Shown here piece after piece: positions 35,971 through 50,200 of a stretch of 64,000 nt of DNA (the first letter of the stretch is position 1; each line of letters starts with the position of its first letter). This stretch comes from Psammoneis japonica (lineage: Eukaryota). The notes beneath the pieces were generated by a model. That model was not told where the DNA came from. It saw nothing but the letters and a program-made list of their open reading frames with translations, and made no database searches. The DNA lies in contig QPGO01000059.1 of assembly GCA_008632985.1 (NCBI GenBank), forward strand, positions 62,001 to 126,000, written 5' to 3'. A program made the translations under genes and the position numbers.

Positions 35971-36261
35971 CCCATTAAGGACTGAAGGGATGCGCTGATG
36001 CTGTTCAATCATGACTGAGACGCATCGTAATGAATAACTACAGGTTAGCTATCGCGTTCAGCAATGTTTCTCGACAGTTGTTTGGATTTTGTGTTGCTTA
36101 TGACCAAATCATACCGTATTCTGAATTCCACGGTCTTGACTACTGTGTTGGTTCTATCCTCGGAAGATCACTTGCACACAGCCTTTCAAACAGCGCAGCC
36201 CATTCCCCCCATCTTGTATCCAAAGTGCCAAGTGCCCCCATCCATTATGTAAACTGCTGAC

Positions 36262-36921
36262 TCATGTCTTTTGTCTCTTGCGTTCCCTTGCCATTTCAAG
36301 ATCTTTCGATGCCTGCACAAAACGTTTCTGCGTTGTGTGAATATCATACAGGTCTGGTGTTCTTGGTGTGATGCCACGTCTCTTGGCCTCTGCGATACCA
36401 GCCGCGCATGTCCGCTTGGCAATCGGACTGTTGGACACAGATGGTCTCGAGAAACGCCGCCTCATATTTTCCCAGTGTTTCTGTTGATACTCGCGTGACT
36501 GAGCAAGCCACCAGTTGACGACAATCAGCTTGTCCGGCAGTGTTGTGGCTCCGAGAATTAGACACGGTGGAAACACACGGGGCGACATGCTTTTTCTGTT
36601 TGTTTTTTGACTAAAGGCTTTGAATGTCCTTCTGAGATACTGTGAATCCTTCCATCGATCTGAAAGTGGATCTTGCAAATCGGGTGGAACATCCTCGAGT
36701 GTGATAGAGGCTACCACGGCTTGTACTCCAGACAGAAAGTAGTGTAGAGTGCTCTCGGAAGAAAGTGGCGGAAGCGGCTCACCTCGGACGAGAACCTGCG
36801 CTCCTTTACTACCACTTTTACTACTCTTCTGATCACCAGCCATAGGTTTCGATCCGCGGCTCAGCGTTAGGAGTGAATCGGCGGTTTGGCGACTAGTGGA
36901 GGGTGGCGGCGGCGGCGGCAT
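36262..36921 (-). CDS. Hypothetical protein
   Basis: 219-aa ATG-initiated ORF with normal host composition; no family recognised. Confidence 0.5.
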   Translation of the reverse strand: MPPPPPPSTSRQTADSLLTLSRGSKPMAGDQKSSKSGSKGAQVLVRGEPLPPLSSESTLHYFLSGVQAVVASITLEDVPPDLQDPLSDRWKDSQYLRRTFKAFSQKTNRKSMSPRVFPPCLILGATTLPDKLIVVNWWLAQSREYQQKHWENMRRRFSRPSVSNSPIAKRTCAAGIAEAKRRGITPRTPDLYDIHTTQKRFVQASKDLEMARERKRQKT

Positions 36922-37344
36922 ATTAATTGAGCAAAAGTTCTGCCCATCATGGTGGATGCGGGTGTTTGATGTGCAGATGAAACAGCGCTGGTATAATTCT
37001 ACGTAGAATCTACGTACATCATGTCAGAGCGTTTGGGTGATACAGACAGACACAAAATGATTGTCCATACCGGTCTGTCCGCCGCCGTCTTTCGCCTTTT
37101 CATTTTTTTTTTTTACACAATGGCCGACCGAGCCGCTCTGTTTAAAAATTATGCCGGATGCTTTGATTGTTCTTTGATCGATGACAACGTATGGCAATGA
37201 CTTGTGGTGATTAAAAGATTGTAGCGCTAATCTGCCCACTATCGAGCCGGCGATTGCTCAACATCTCGTTCAAAACAGGTTTCACAACACTTTTCACTCG
37301 CAAATAGAGGACGAGCGTATGCGCTCAGTGAGAAGAGTGAAAAC

Positions 37345-38657
37345 ATGCTTTATAAAACAACTACCATCGCGTTTCTACTTGTGATTCTTCTTCTTTCAAT
37401 GCTGCCAACATGTCTTGGTTTTGCTGTTACGAGAAACGCCTGCTGGTTTTCGAGTCGTTCGCAAACGCATCAAAAAATGAGGCTGCAGCTGCATTCTTCA
37501 AGAAGCTGCCTTACAATGAAGGTTCGAGTAGGAATTGTGGGGTTACCCAATGTTGGAAAGTCTACTCTTTTTAATGCATTGGCACAGCAGTCTGTGGCAC
37601 GTGCTGAAAATTTTCCGTTTTGTACTATCGATCCCAATTCGGCACCCATCCCCGTTCCAAGTCGGTACTTGCAAGACTTGGGAGCCGTCGCCAAGAGCAC
37701 CAAACTTGTACCAGCCACCATGGAATGGGTAGATGTTGCGGGTCTTGTCCGAGGAGCTAGTCGAGGCGAGGGATTGGGAAATCGTTTCCTGGCGACCATT
37801 CGAGAATGCTCGTGTATTTGTCACGTATTGCGAGTTCACGACGATCCCAATGTGATTCATGTACATGGCACGACAAATCCCGTTCAAGACGCAGAAGTGG
37901 TGAATCTAGAACTCATCTTGGCAGACCTGAGTCATGTACAGCGTCGTTTGGAAAGGACATCCTGTGTAGGAGAGGAACGACGAGTTTTGGAAAAGATTGA
38001 GGAAAAGCTACAAGAAGGCGTTCCGGCACGAACCATTGGTCTCGTGGCAGAGGAGGAGTTTGCCATCAAGTCCATGGGTCTCTTGACTCTCAAGCCTGTG
38101 CTCTATGCTTTCAATATGATGAAGCCGATTTTGTGTTTGCTCGAGAGGACGCTATGGAGCTTGCTCAAGAATCGTTCTCCAACATTCAATACTGCGATCC
38201 AGCCAAAGACACCTTTACAATCATCAGCGCAAAAGTAGAGGAAGATGTTTGCACCCTGTCTACCAGTGATGAGCAACTTGAATACCTGGAGTCTCTGGGA
38301 ATGGAATCCAATAGTGATCAAGAGCTACAATCACTGTTGAGTCACAATGTACTGCCAACCATGGTTTGCAAAATGCTCGGACGAGCACTTGTTTATACGG
38401 GTCCTGGCGTTCCACCGGAACGATCCAAAACAACAAAGGCACATTTGTTCACGAGCGGGGAGCTATCGGCTATCGACCTCGCTGGACGATTGCACGGTGA
38501 CTTTGTCAAGGGTTTCATGTGCGCTGACGTAATATCGGCTCCCAATCTCATTGAGAAATCGAGCATCACCGCCGCAAAGGACGCAGGGCTCGTACGATCA
38601 GAAGGGAGGGATTATCTTTTGAATGATAATGATGTTGTGCTCATCAAGTGGAAATAA
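37345..38657 (+). CDS. ychF: YchF/OLA1 Obg-family ATPase with organellar presequence; one frameshift near 38117
   Basis: GIVGLPNVGKSTLFNAL; NFPFCTIDPN; DVAGLVRGASRGEGLGNRFL; TGS-like C-terminus RSEGRDY...DNDVV. Confidence 0.92.
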
Positions 38658-39312
38658 GCAGTTCACAATGTCATGGCACAGAACGAACGAGCACTGCGGC
38701 TACATTGTTAACCAGGCATTCTGTTTTTCGAGTTCCAATCACTTGCACCATCTCTTGCGACTTTCGCACCGAAAGTTATAATGTCCCAAGCTTCAGCATC
38801 ATACTCGGTCTTCAATATTTATCCGTGTTGCGTTTAGACTTTTGCCAGACGTCGCCTGTTTTGTAACGTAGGTCGAAGCAAGCTATTGACATTCACCAAC
38901 ATGGTGACATCCGCGAGGAGGTTTCGCTTACAAGAAGACCATGAGAAAACCGGTCAATTTTCAACTAGACGCAGCATCCAACAACACTGACTGTTCATGA
39001 GCGTGGGGCAAAGTGAGGGATGTAGCTCAGCAAATACGACATCATCGACCATCCTCAGGGTACGAGTAGCGCCATTCTTGTCTGTCAAGGAACATTTTTT
39101 GGCGGGAAATGCGTCAACCACCAGCGCCGCAAATTTGGCGCAAAGTCGTCATCGCGGGGCGACGATGGTGCGCCGCCATGCAAAAACGCGCGCGAAAATC
39201 CCAACGCAGGCATCACAAAATTTGCATTCACTTTGACGGCATATCTTCTGTTTTAACATCGTCTTTTGTACTGCACAAATTCATTGCACTATATCAATAA
39301 AATAATCACATC

Positions 39313-40884
39313 ATGAGCAACAACAGTTTTGTGGAACAGGGCGTTGGCTTGGTACAAAAGGCGATTGAGGCGGATGAGGCACAAGACTACGAGAATGCCT
39401 TGACCTTGTACCGTGATGCGCTGCAGCGGTTGACGCTCGGGATAAAGTATGAGAAGAATCCCACCCGGAAACAGCTATTGATGCAACGTGTCGAAGGGTA
39501 CATGAAGCGCGCGGAAGAATTGCATGATATTGTCAGCAAAGACGACAAGAAAGAAACGAATGGGGAGAAGAAGGAGAAGGGTGAGGATGAGACAACAGAA
39601 GAGGGCAGCGGGGAAACGAAGGAACTGGACGCAGAAACGAAGAAATTGCGAAGCGCTTTGGCTGGAGTGGTTGTAGCGGAGCGTCCGAATGTCAAATGGG
39701 ATGATGTGGCAGGATTGGAAGGTGCCAAGGAATCTCTCAAGGAGACAATAATCCTTCCTGTGAAGTTTCCTCAATTGTTTGTCGGGGAGCGAAAGCCTTT
39801 CAAGGGCATCCTACTTTTGGACCGCCAGGTTAGTTTTATTTTACAAGAAGTGTTTTGTGTGTGACTTTTACACTGCTTTTTGCATAAATCTCACTCTCAG
39901 TTTCAATTGTAATCTGAATTGCCAGGAACGGGTGCGTTTGTTATTGGAACCAGTACCACATAATGTTTTGTTGGTGCATCTCTATTATATGCTCACACTG
40001 TTTTTCCCATGACAGGCAAATCCTATTTGGCCAAGGCGGTGGCTACTGAAGCTGACTCGACGTTTTTCAGCGTGAGCAGTGCCGACTTGATCAGCAAATG
40101 GCAGGGCGAAAGTGAACGCTTGGTCCGCAACTTGTTCGAAATGGCCCGAGAACAAGCCGCCCAAGAAGGCAGCACTGGCCGGACCATTATCTTTATTGAC
40201 GAAGTTGATTCCCTCTGTGGCACTCGTTCGGAAGGTGAAGCCGATTCTCTCCGTCGCGTCAAGACGGAGTTCTTGGTTCAAATGGACGGAGTCGGAAAGT
40301 CGGGTACAGGTGTCTTGATCCTTGGAGCCACCAATGTTCCCTGGGATTTGGATGGCGCCATTCGACGACGATTCGAAAAACGCGTCTATATTTCTCTACC
40401 GGAACAAGAGGCTCGGTCCTACATGTTCAAACTGCACATGGGTATTTTCGACGAAGATGTGACGCCGCACTGTCTCACCGATGAGGATTTTGATCGACTC
40501 GGCAAGTTGTCGGAAGGCGCCTCTGGAAGCGACATTCAAGTCATTGTCAAGGAAGCCCTCATGGAGCCCATTCGTCGATGTCAACGGGCGAAACAATTTA
40601 CGATTGATAAAGATGGCAAGTATATTCCTTGTGAAAAATACCCCTCTTGTTGTCGCTGTCCTCCCAAGTTGTCTACCGATCCCCACGATACGGATTATAC
40701 TTGCAAGTCATGCAAAGCGGTCCGCATGAGTCTTTGGGATGTGCCGCCATCCAAACTGGATGCTCCTCCTGTCCTTTTCTCTGATTTTGAATCCGTCATG
40801 ACGCACGCCTTTAGCACCGTGTCCGAGGAAGAATTGGCCAGGTATCAAGAATGGACGGCCATGTTTGGACAAGAGGGGGCGTAG
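39313..40884 (+). CDS. VPS4: Vacuolar protein sorting 4 AAA-ATPase (MIT + AAA + Vps4_C)
   Basis: MIT domain; ERPNVKWDDVAGLEGAKESLKE; Walker A split by an intron at about 39828-40015; IIFIDEVD; C-terminal FGQEG. Confidence 0.95.
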
Positions 40885-41394
40885 ATTGTGAATGAAGATT
40901 GCACAACTCATAATGGAGAGTGGCTGTGATTCCATAATGTGACGGACCAACGTGAAAGATCGTGAAGAAGTCACAGCGCCGAGCTTGTGAACAATAGTTT
41001 GGCCGGATCAGTGCGTAGGAGAGTTCTTTGACTCGTTCATCGCCGCGGACAGTAGAAGCCGATCCAAGTACTTCTAACATGTAGAGCTGTGCTCTAGATA
41101 GCGAGCAAAGAAATAACAGAGCTGCAATGGCGATAGCCATTCTTTCCGTACACTGTTAGTGGACAAGATGCAATGCCAGATATCGAAAACAAAGATATCT
41201 CTAGGAGTAGTCAAAAAGTGCGTGTTGCAGTCACATCGGCACTAGCCTTGGATTTTGCTGATCATGGAAAGTACTGTAAACTGTAAGTTACAAGAGGTCC
41301 TACATAAACTGAGTGATTTGTTATAAACTAACGCTGAATCTCGTGGCTCGGTGCTCAATTCACGTCGGGACGGCATTCATGCTCTTCATCCCCA

Positions 41395-41969
41395 TTAGTA
41401 GTCGCCCTCATCATCACAGTAGGATGCGTACTGCTGGCTTTTTCTAGCCATGCAACTCTCCCACAGATCTGAGCACGATTCGCACGTCGAAACTCCACAA
41501 TCTTCGCACTTTGTTAGGCATGTGTCTTCGCAATCATAACAGAATACGGCCTCACAGTATCGGTGTTTGCAGCGACCAGGCTTCTTGCAGCACTTCCTGC
41601 AGATCCATTCGTTGCACTCATGGCATTCAAACGCGTTTTCGAAGCAGTCTTGACAAAGTTTGCCCTCGCACCTACCACACTTCATCGCGTGCTCGAGGCA
41701 ACAATCTTCCGTGCAAACTTTGCAGCAGATACCAGTGGTAGCAAAGCAATCATCACAAAAAGTGCTATAGCAGTCCTTGCACTTTCTGCCTCCGTTATCC
41801 TCGAAGCAATCAGGGCACATCATCTCCCGTTCGCATTTCTCGCACTGGACCAAGTTTGGCTCAAACTCTTCGCAAATTGGGCAAGCTTGCGCTTCTTTTT
41901 CGAAGAGTCGCCGCTCTGCTTCTCATCCGCTGCAGGCAGAGGAGCTTCAGCAGTCTTAACCTCCGACAT
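41395..41969 (-). CDS. Cys-rich (CxxC repeat) hypothetical protein
   Basis: Many CxxC pairs over about 150 aa in normal-composition DNA. Confidence 0.6.
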
Positions 41970-43145
41970 CCTTTTTCGGATGAATTACAATCCAGTGTTA
42001 GGTTCGTATGATCGATAGCGATGATGGAATCATCTGGGGCGAGGGTTCTCGTTTTCGCATCAAGATTTGTGAAAGATTTTCCGCCTGCGGGGATCTTGTG
42101 TCGTGTTTCATGATCTTGTGTTTTATGATCTATGAGTTAGCCGGGGTAGGGCTAGTTGGTCGCGCACGTTTGGGTTCGATGCAGCCGTGCAACTAGCCAT
42201 ACCCTGCAGGAAGAGCTGTTGGTGGCGCGCGAGCAGAAGCAACAAAGTACTAAAGAACACGGCGTGGGTCAAAACGTTGTAAAATGACGCAACAACAAGC
42301 AGCGAGAAGAAACCCAACTTGACCCATGAATACAGCGCATACATATTGTCCAACCACTTCAATAGTATCTCGTATTCCCAGCTTGTAGATGAGGGACGGC
42401 GTTCGCGTTTCTCGCCATGGTGTTGTTGCGCGTTATCGTGTTGTTTGCGCGCGAAGTACACGGGATCTATTTATCCGATAATAAATCTGTTTTGCTAATA
42501 GTAGATGTTTTACTATATTCAATCTGTAGATATTTTGAGAAGCGCTTCGGGGAAACCCTGTTCGGGCCGTTAAATAGAAATTTTTTTTATCCAGATTCCA
42601 GAGTTCTTTCGGGGTGTTCTGTCAGACTTTTGAATTGGTATATACATATATTAGAGGCCTTAGCAAAATCAATGATATGTAATAGCCTCAGAGACCAACA
42701 TAAATTTATCTTCCCTGTAGAGCCTGTAGATTGTGTACCGGCGGAAAATCCACCGCCTGTCAACTCATCAGTAGTAATTCTACGTATATTCTACTTACAC
42801 CTCACACACGCACTCACGCCTACACAGTCTAATAACCGCGCACACGTGCGCGAGATAAACAGATCCGTAGATATTTACTGGAATCGAGAGGTTGAGGCCG
42901 GCGTCTCCGAGAATCCCGAAGAGTTTGTTTTTACTGTAGCATTCAAGCGTATGTCTTTCGATAAGATCATCGATTGATCCCCATTTCCGAGTGATCTCTA
43001 TCCTCATTCAGCACCTTTCACCCACTTCTTCGTATGCCGCCCTGAGCGGAATCAACTTTCAAACCTAGGAACTACATACATATCAATGCATAAGCTAACA
43101 GCTTGTTACTTTATTCAATTCTACAATATTTAAATCACGAAAGCC

Positions 43146-43984
43146 TCACAAAACAGGACAGTGTATCGTGGTAGCCTTTCGTTCTTTCAAGTCGTAATCC
43201 ACCACTACAGGTTCATTCAATACCCCTCCATCCTTGCGACCCTTCAAGGTAGCCGCATTGATAAAGACTGATTCACTATCGCGGTTCTTGTGCGGCACGT
43301 GCATGACTCCTCGCCCCCAGTGCACATGACCAAACATGCAGACTGGAATTCGATTTTGGATTACAGTCTTGGATAATCCTTGGCTCCCAACCATGCCTTG
43401 GTACGCCGTATCGACTCAGTTGTGGATAGGTAATCTTGGGTGATAGATATGGATTGATGTGAGCCAGCATAATGTCGGGTCCTTCTGGATGTCCCATCAG
43501 ATCAAACTGGGTTGGAAAATAATCACCCGCACAAGAATTCCAAGAAGCACCATATAATTTCAATTGTGGAAATTGACGTGATCGTACCATCTGATCCTGC
43601 AAAAACTGTACTTTGCCGTTGGTGTCGTTGGCGACTCGGGCAAACAGTCTGGGAAGATCAATCGGATTCTTCCACTTCTCAAAGTACGATCATGGTTGCC
43701 CTCCAGTACAAATATTTCTTCGTATTGTGGATGCCAAATCTGCGCATTGGTCTTGGGACCCGCCGCAAGCTTGGTGACCCAGTTGGCAAAGCCCGATGAA
43801 TCCGACGTGGATCCCTTGTTGCAAAAGTCTCCCAAATGAATCAAGATATCGCCTTGTGGTAACTTTTCAGTGAGTTGACGGTGGTGGCCATGAGTATCCG
43901 AGATGATTACCATCCGAACAACTTGGTTGTGGGTGGAAGCTGGTAGGGAGGTTCGTCGTTGTTGTGGCGGGATTCAAGGCCCAT
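43146..43984 (-). CDS. Calcineurin-like metallophosphoesterase (MPPED/239FB-like), frameshifted
   Basis: ISDTHG, IHLGDF, GNHD, FGHVH and FINAA motifs. Confidence 0.88.
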
Positions 43985-44239
43985 TGGTTGTCGCTGTGCG
44001 GACACATTAGAAGATGGTTCTGCAATCATGCAAGAGTTAATAAAAATGGCAAAATAATGAGACCAACGAGAAAGAGGGTCTGCCACAGTGAAATGTGGTT
44101 CGTTTCACCCTCATGCAGTAGGTGCATGTTTGAAGGAGTCAAGACAATAGAGCAACGCGGGTCCAGGTTTGCGGCTTGCGGCGGAACGAGGGTTGTCGTT
44201 GTGTCGTGCGTACCGTACAGCGTTGCAATGCGGTAATAC

Positions 44240-47200
44240 AGCATGTGTGGCCGTGTCATTCGACCTGGTCGACCACAATTTCTTGAGTCAAACGCCAAAC
44301 AAACCAAACCGAAAAACCGAAAACCAAACAAAACAAACCCACTTGCCTGCCTCAACGCTCGAGAATGGTGGATGTCAACAAAACATGATGATCTCAAGTG
44401 GATGAATGATGCATGATTCTTCGTCGAATGTGTCGCATTGGAGACAAGTGCAAAACTGCAAGAAGATGGGGCTTGCCATGAGCAAAAAAGCTCAGCTCCT
44501 CAAACCAGGTTTCGGTGGCCCCACAACCTTCGTGGAAGAAACGATTGCCAAAAGGCAAATTTGACATTTCAAAACTGTTGAGTTGACAATTTGCGATTTT
44601 TGCAACTGTTTCCCAATCCACTTTTGCCAGCGCAGGGCAAGAACAAAATCAAGGCGAGCATCGCTGCCATGGCCACAAGAAGGCTGTTGCCTCCTCTTCT
44701 GTCAAATGCGCTGACACCTCCAAGCATTCTGAGACTTCCAAACCATCTCTTGAGAAAACTCTGCAGGACTTACATGCAGAGCTCATTCCACTGCACCCGC
44801 GGTGCCTGTTTCCGGAACATTGACAGGCTGTGCAGCTGCAATGCACAAAGAGGAGTCAGATGACATGGATATGGACAAACTGAGTGGAGCTGGTCTCATT
44901 CTCTGCCAGACTGCAGCTGCTCAATGCTCCCCACTGGATGCATTGCTTGAGTTGGAAAGTCAGCACTGCCCATGTTTGCATTGCCGGATTGCTTTTTTTG
45001 TCCTTCGCAAAGGGGCACCACCGCTGACAGACATGCAGCACAAGGAACTCACATGCTGCCATCTGCCAAGGAGATTGTGAGCAGTGCCTGTTGATCAAAC
45101 CTGTGCTGGTCAAAAATGTGAGTGAACGTGGCTCAACTTCAAAACTCTTGCCCTTCTGCTGCTGTGACTTTGCTTTCCCCAGCACATGATGGAGCACAGG
45201 AGGCATGTTGCTCATCCCCTTGTCCATGATCAAGTCATCTGCTTTGGATGCCGCCTGGCTAATCAAGTTTTGCTGGCAGGCTGCTTGAGAGCACTGCAAT
45301 GTTGTGTCAGCAAGAAATGAGAGCTCTCCCTCTTTGGGCTGGAGAAAATGAGTGGCTTCTTGATGTTTTTCAGAGCTGTGGCACACCTCAACCAACTCTT
45401 GGAACCGTGCAAGTTTTTGTGCACAACTTTCAAGCAGCACCAGCTCTTTGCTTTGTTCCACAGAGCTGTGGTGTGGTCAGTGCTGGAGGTGCAGTTTTTG
45501 TGGCTGTTGGCAAGGGGTTGCAAACTCTTTGTCATTTGAGCCAGAGCAGTGTGTTGGAAAGTGTGGCTGTTGTCAAAAGCAGTGCACTGTGCAGCAGGTT
45601 GCTGATCAATGCCATGAAGCTCTGCTGCAAAAACATGAAGAAACAGCAGCTGTCAAGAGATGCTGTGGTGGACTCTTGCTGATTGGCTCCACCAAGCTCC
45701 ACACTGCAAATCATGGAAAACTTGGTGGGTTGGGCCCTCAGGCCTTCAAGCATGACATGCCTTGCTCAAAAAGATGTGAAGGACAACCCCTCATCAGCTC
45801 ATTGATCTGCCCATGCACTGCATCACCAACTCTGTTTGTCCACTTCATTGTGAAATGGTGCTGCTGGCTGCAATGACAAAAAGCCACAGCTGAAGTTTGT
45901 CAGATGGTGAAATTGCCACATGTTTCAAAACCCATTTTTGCAATGTTCAACAATTTTGACTCCAATGCCAACAGGCAAAATCTGGCTTTTTTAAAAAACA
46001 GCACTGTTTTCCAAAACAGCTGGCTGTTTTTCCTCAGTTGCTTTGTGCCACTTCAACACACAAGTTTTGTGCACTTGTCAATGTTTGCACAGCAGCAAGC
46101 AAATGAGTCAACCAGACTTCCTCAATTTCCTCAGGTGTTGCTGTCAGGGATGTTGACTGCCAAGTGGGACAGCAACCAACAGTTTGACAACAGCTGTGTT
46201 CCTCCTCTTGAGGAGCTTCCTGTTGTTGTCAACTTGTGCTCAAAGCACTTCATCACAATTCAAGTTTCTGGGTGTTCTGTTTTGTTGTCTTTGCAATTTT
46301 TCAGGTGTGTTTTTTGCTCATTGGCCTCCCAGCCCACCAAATCATGGCACCCCATGAGCCCCTCTGGCAACCATCCTCCAGCTGCCCTTCTCCTTGGTTC
46401 CCGTCCACCATCTTGCATTTATCTCACCAGCAGCACCTGCCATGCGCAATGTCTCTGGATCTGCCACATCCAGGACAGTGATGTTTTTTAGCATGACTGT
46501 GGTCATTGCCATCTTCTTCTGTGGAGCAAGGCACTCAGCCAGTGTCTTCCCATGCAGGCACTTGCAGTTGTCATGAAGCTTGTTTTTTTACATGAGGGGT
46601 GCAGCATGGCTTTGTTCCTTTGTGATTTTTTTCCAACGGCAAGGCAAAAGCTTCAAAAAATGGGGCAGCGTGTTGCCGAGCCGGCCTGCACCTTCTTGTG
46701 TTTCCTTCCTGCTCTGAAGAAATTGTCACATTTTCTCCAATTTTTTGTTGGAGCCCACATGTTCTTGACCCTCCTTGTGTTTCTTCCTGTTGTCTGATGG
46801 CTTCACTGCATGGAGAAGCGTGCATGCAAAACTTGCAGGCCCATGTCACATGCAGCAGCCCCACCCCCTGGGGCTGGAACATGCCACCCAGCACACTTGG
46901 CAACAACAAAGCATCGGCACACATGTCGGATGCTGTTGCAGTTTAGAAAGAAACAACAGCAATGGCTTGCCTGGAGTTTCTCTGGTCCCCACACTCAGCA
47001 CTTTCCTGGGATCTTTCAGGTGCTTTGCAGCCCACTTTCCAACTGCCATGGCTCCAATTTTTCCCTTCCCATGCCTTCCAAGTGAACTCAGGGTCATTGT
47101 GCTCCACTGTGTCTGGGTGCTTCTTCGGCATTTTTTTGACAAAGGTGTTCATCACATGTTTTGTAAAAGCAGAGTTGTGTCACCCCCCATTGACAAGTGC

Positions 47201-50200
47201 TGACTCTTTGGCACAGTGTGGTGCTGTGTCTTTGTTTGGGCAGGCAGTGCTGAGAAAGTCTTGTGACAGAGTTCTCAATGACCAGCTTGATGCCACATGT
47301 TGCTGGTTTGTCCTTCCTTGCAATGGCCACAAATCTTTTTCTTCCTTGCACTGCTGTCATCTTCTTTGTCATCATCATTGCCACACAGTGTGGCACAAAC
47401 TTGCCCCCTTTTTGTTTTTTAGAGGAGTGTGTTGACCAAAACCCTGTTTTCTTGCAAGGGCATCAGTGCATCACATTGTTTTTTGGTTTCTTTGCAGTGG
47501 CTGTCCCAGTTGCAGCCACTGCTTTGCCCTGCCCTTTTGCTGACTGAGACTTGCCAGCAGCAGTGGGCAGAAGCAGTGGCTGCTCTTCTTTGGACAAAGC
47601 TGAAGTGCCACCATCACAGTGACTTGCAGAGTTGTCATCCCCCTCCTCCTCCTTGTCATCCCCCAGCTCCTCATTGTCTTCTTTCCTTGTCCTCTTTTTG
47701 GCTCCATTTCTTTTGCTTTCTGCAGTTCCTTTTTTCCTTCTCCTTCTCTTTCTTCTTCTTTGCTGCACTTTTTGCCACTGCTGCTGACTTGGCAGTCGGC
47801 AGCCAATCGCTTTCTTTTCTTTGAGCAGCCCCGGGGGTGGGTGGCGCACACAATGACGCCATCACAGGGTCACTCATCCTCTTTGACGATGCCTTGGGCT
47901 CTCACAAGAAGAAACTGCTGTCCTGATTTTGCAACAAGGATGATGTGAGACATGTCAAAAAGGAAGCAAAACCACCACACCAGTTGCCATGTTGCAAGGA
48001 AGGCTGGGGGGGTGTTGATGACCACATCTTTTGGGAAGCCCCAAAAGACAAAAAAACACAGAAGAGCCAACAAGATGATCAAAGATTCATGGCAGGTGCA
48101 CCTCACAGGTTGTGTTCTCACAATGAAGGATGCTGCTGCTGGGCACTTCAAAAAAGGAAGCACAACCACCAGATTCTTTGCCATGTTGCAGGGAAGACTG
48201 GGAGGGGCTGTTGATGACTGCATCTTTTGGGAAGCCTTTTAAAAGACAAGAAACACAGGACCAACAACAAGGTGGTCAAAGACTCAGAGCAGCTGCACCT
48301 CACGGTGCAATTGTTCCTTTGGCTTGTGAAGACAGCGTGGGTTCAGCAGGAGCATCCACATGCATCAAATTTATCACCCAACACTCTGTCTCATTTGGGT
48401 GACAAAGTCACAGTTTGCATCGCATGTTGATGTGAAGACAAAGCTGGATGGTGTGTCAAAGCAAGAGTGACTGGCATTTTTGTCAGTGCATGCTCCAATG
48501 TGAAACAAAGAGTGCCTGGTCAAACACAATGGCTCTGAGTCAGGCACAACAATCTGTGGCAACAGATGGCATGCAAGTGGCCACTGAGTGGTCCAAGAAA
48601 AAGAAGAACAAGGGTGGCTCCAGCAGCACATCCTCAAACAAGTCTGCAGCCCCTCTCTTCATGTGCTCCTCACAATGTTTCACCAATGGAGGACCTGCCA
48701 GACACACCTGCAGCCAGCTGTTGTTGGTGATGAGCCAGACAACATTGGCGTTGAAGAGGGAGAAGAACCAAACCAACAACGCAAGATTGTTCTGTTGGTG
48801 CCACTCCTTCAACCAACTGCTGTGGCTGTCTTGTCCTGGAGGAAATGGAGAAAAATTTCAATGTCACCATCAACTTCATAAAAAGGGACAGAGTTGCCAC
48901 TCCACAAAAACACATTGGAGGGAGCAAACACACTGCACATCATTGCATTCTCAACTTGAGTTTGTGTCTGTGCCAAAAATTGCACAGGACACCTCATCAC
49001 AAGGCACACAAAGACATGGCAGATGACATCATTTTGATTTGCAAGGCATTCTTGAACAACACAAGCATGGAGCACTGTGGCACAGCCAATGGCCACTTTG
49101 GTGAGTTCATCACCATGTTGCATGCTGGCAAGTGTCTGTGTTGTTGCTGATGCAGCTGAATCTGTGCACCAGCACAGCTTCCCATTCATCATTGTGCACA
49201 GGAACAGAAGAGTTCTCTGTGCCATCTTGATGGACATGCAAGATGTTCTTGATTTGTCTTGACATGGAAACAACTTGCAACTGAGTCAACTTGTCAACAG
49301 ATGCCACAGACAGAGGGGACAAAGTTGCAATCGGGATTCAGATGCCAAAGTTTCCAACACAGTGAGTCATTGCTGCTGGCATGCCATCAAGAATGTTGGT
49401 GCCACTGGACAGCAACAAAGTGACAAGGTTGCAGTTGGATGGGTGTTGCTTGGTGGCCATCCAGGCCGGTCTTGACAGGATTGGGGTCAACAAGCAAGTC
49501 ATTCCAGATGGACACAGAACAGCCAAGTGTGTTCAGTGCAAAGCTGGCAAATGAGCTGAGCCAGCCTGCAGACAGCATGGGGTTTGAGACAATGTCAATG
49601 ATGGCTGCATCAGCAGCACTGGATGCAAACAAGAGTGCAGGCAACCATTTGGACACTCAAAACTGCACAAACAAAGATGTGGGCTGTGTTGGCACATTGA
49701 ATGAAGTGGTTCATGAAGCAGATGGCTGAGCCACAAGAAACAGCTGCACGGGTGCATGAAAAAGGCATGCAGTCATCTGCTCATGGAGAGAATGGGTGGT
49801 TGCAGAAATGCTGCCAATGGCAAGTTGAGAAGCTCATGTCAGTGGGGCCAGGTGCAAAGAGCTCGGCAGTCTTGAGGAAGGCACAAGTGAGTCAGCTGTG
49901 GCACTGGACAGGAAATTGAATTCCACACCAGAGTTGCACTTTTCAAAAAATCTGGCAACTGGGCTGGGCACATCAGCTTGATTGGAAAGGAGTGCAGCTG
50001 GCAGGAGATGGTGACAAGGAAAGCACAGGAAGGGAGCCACTGGGCATTGCACACACTGAACCCTTCTGCAAAGCTGAGAGTGGCAGCTCAGAGGTGGGAG
50101 AGTCAGGGCATGCCACATTGACAGAACACAACCTCCTGGTGCATGACTTCCATTGGCTGTGCTGCAATCATGCCAGAGAGGAAGCAAGAGTCAGGGAGTG

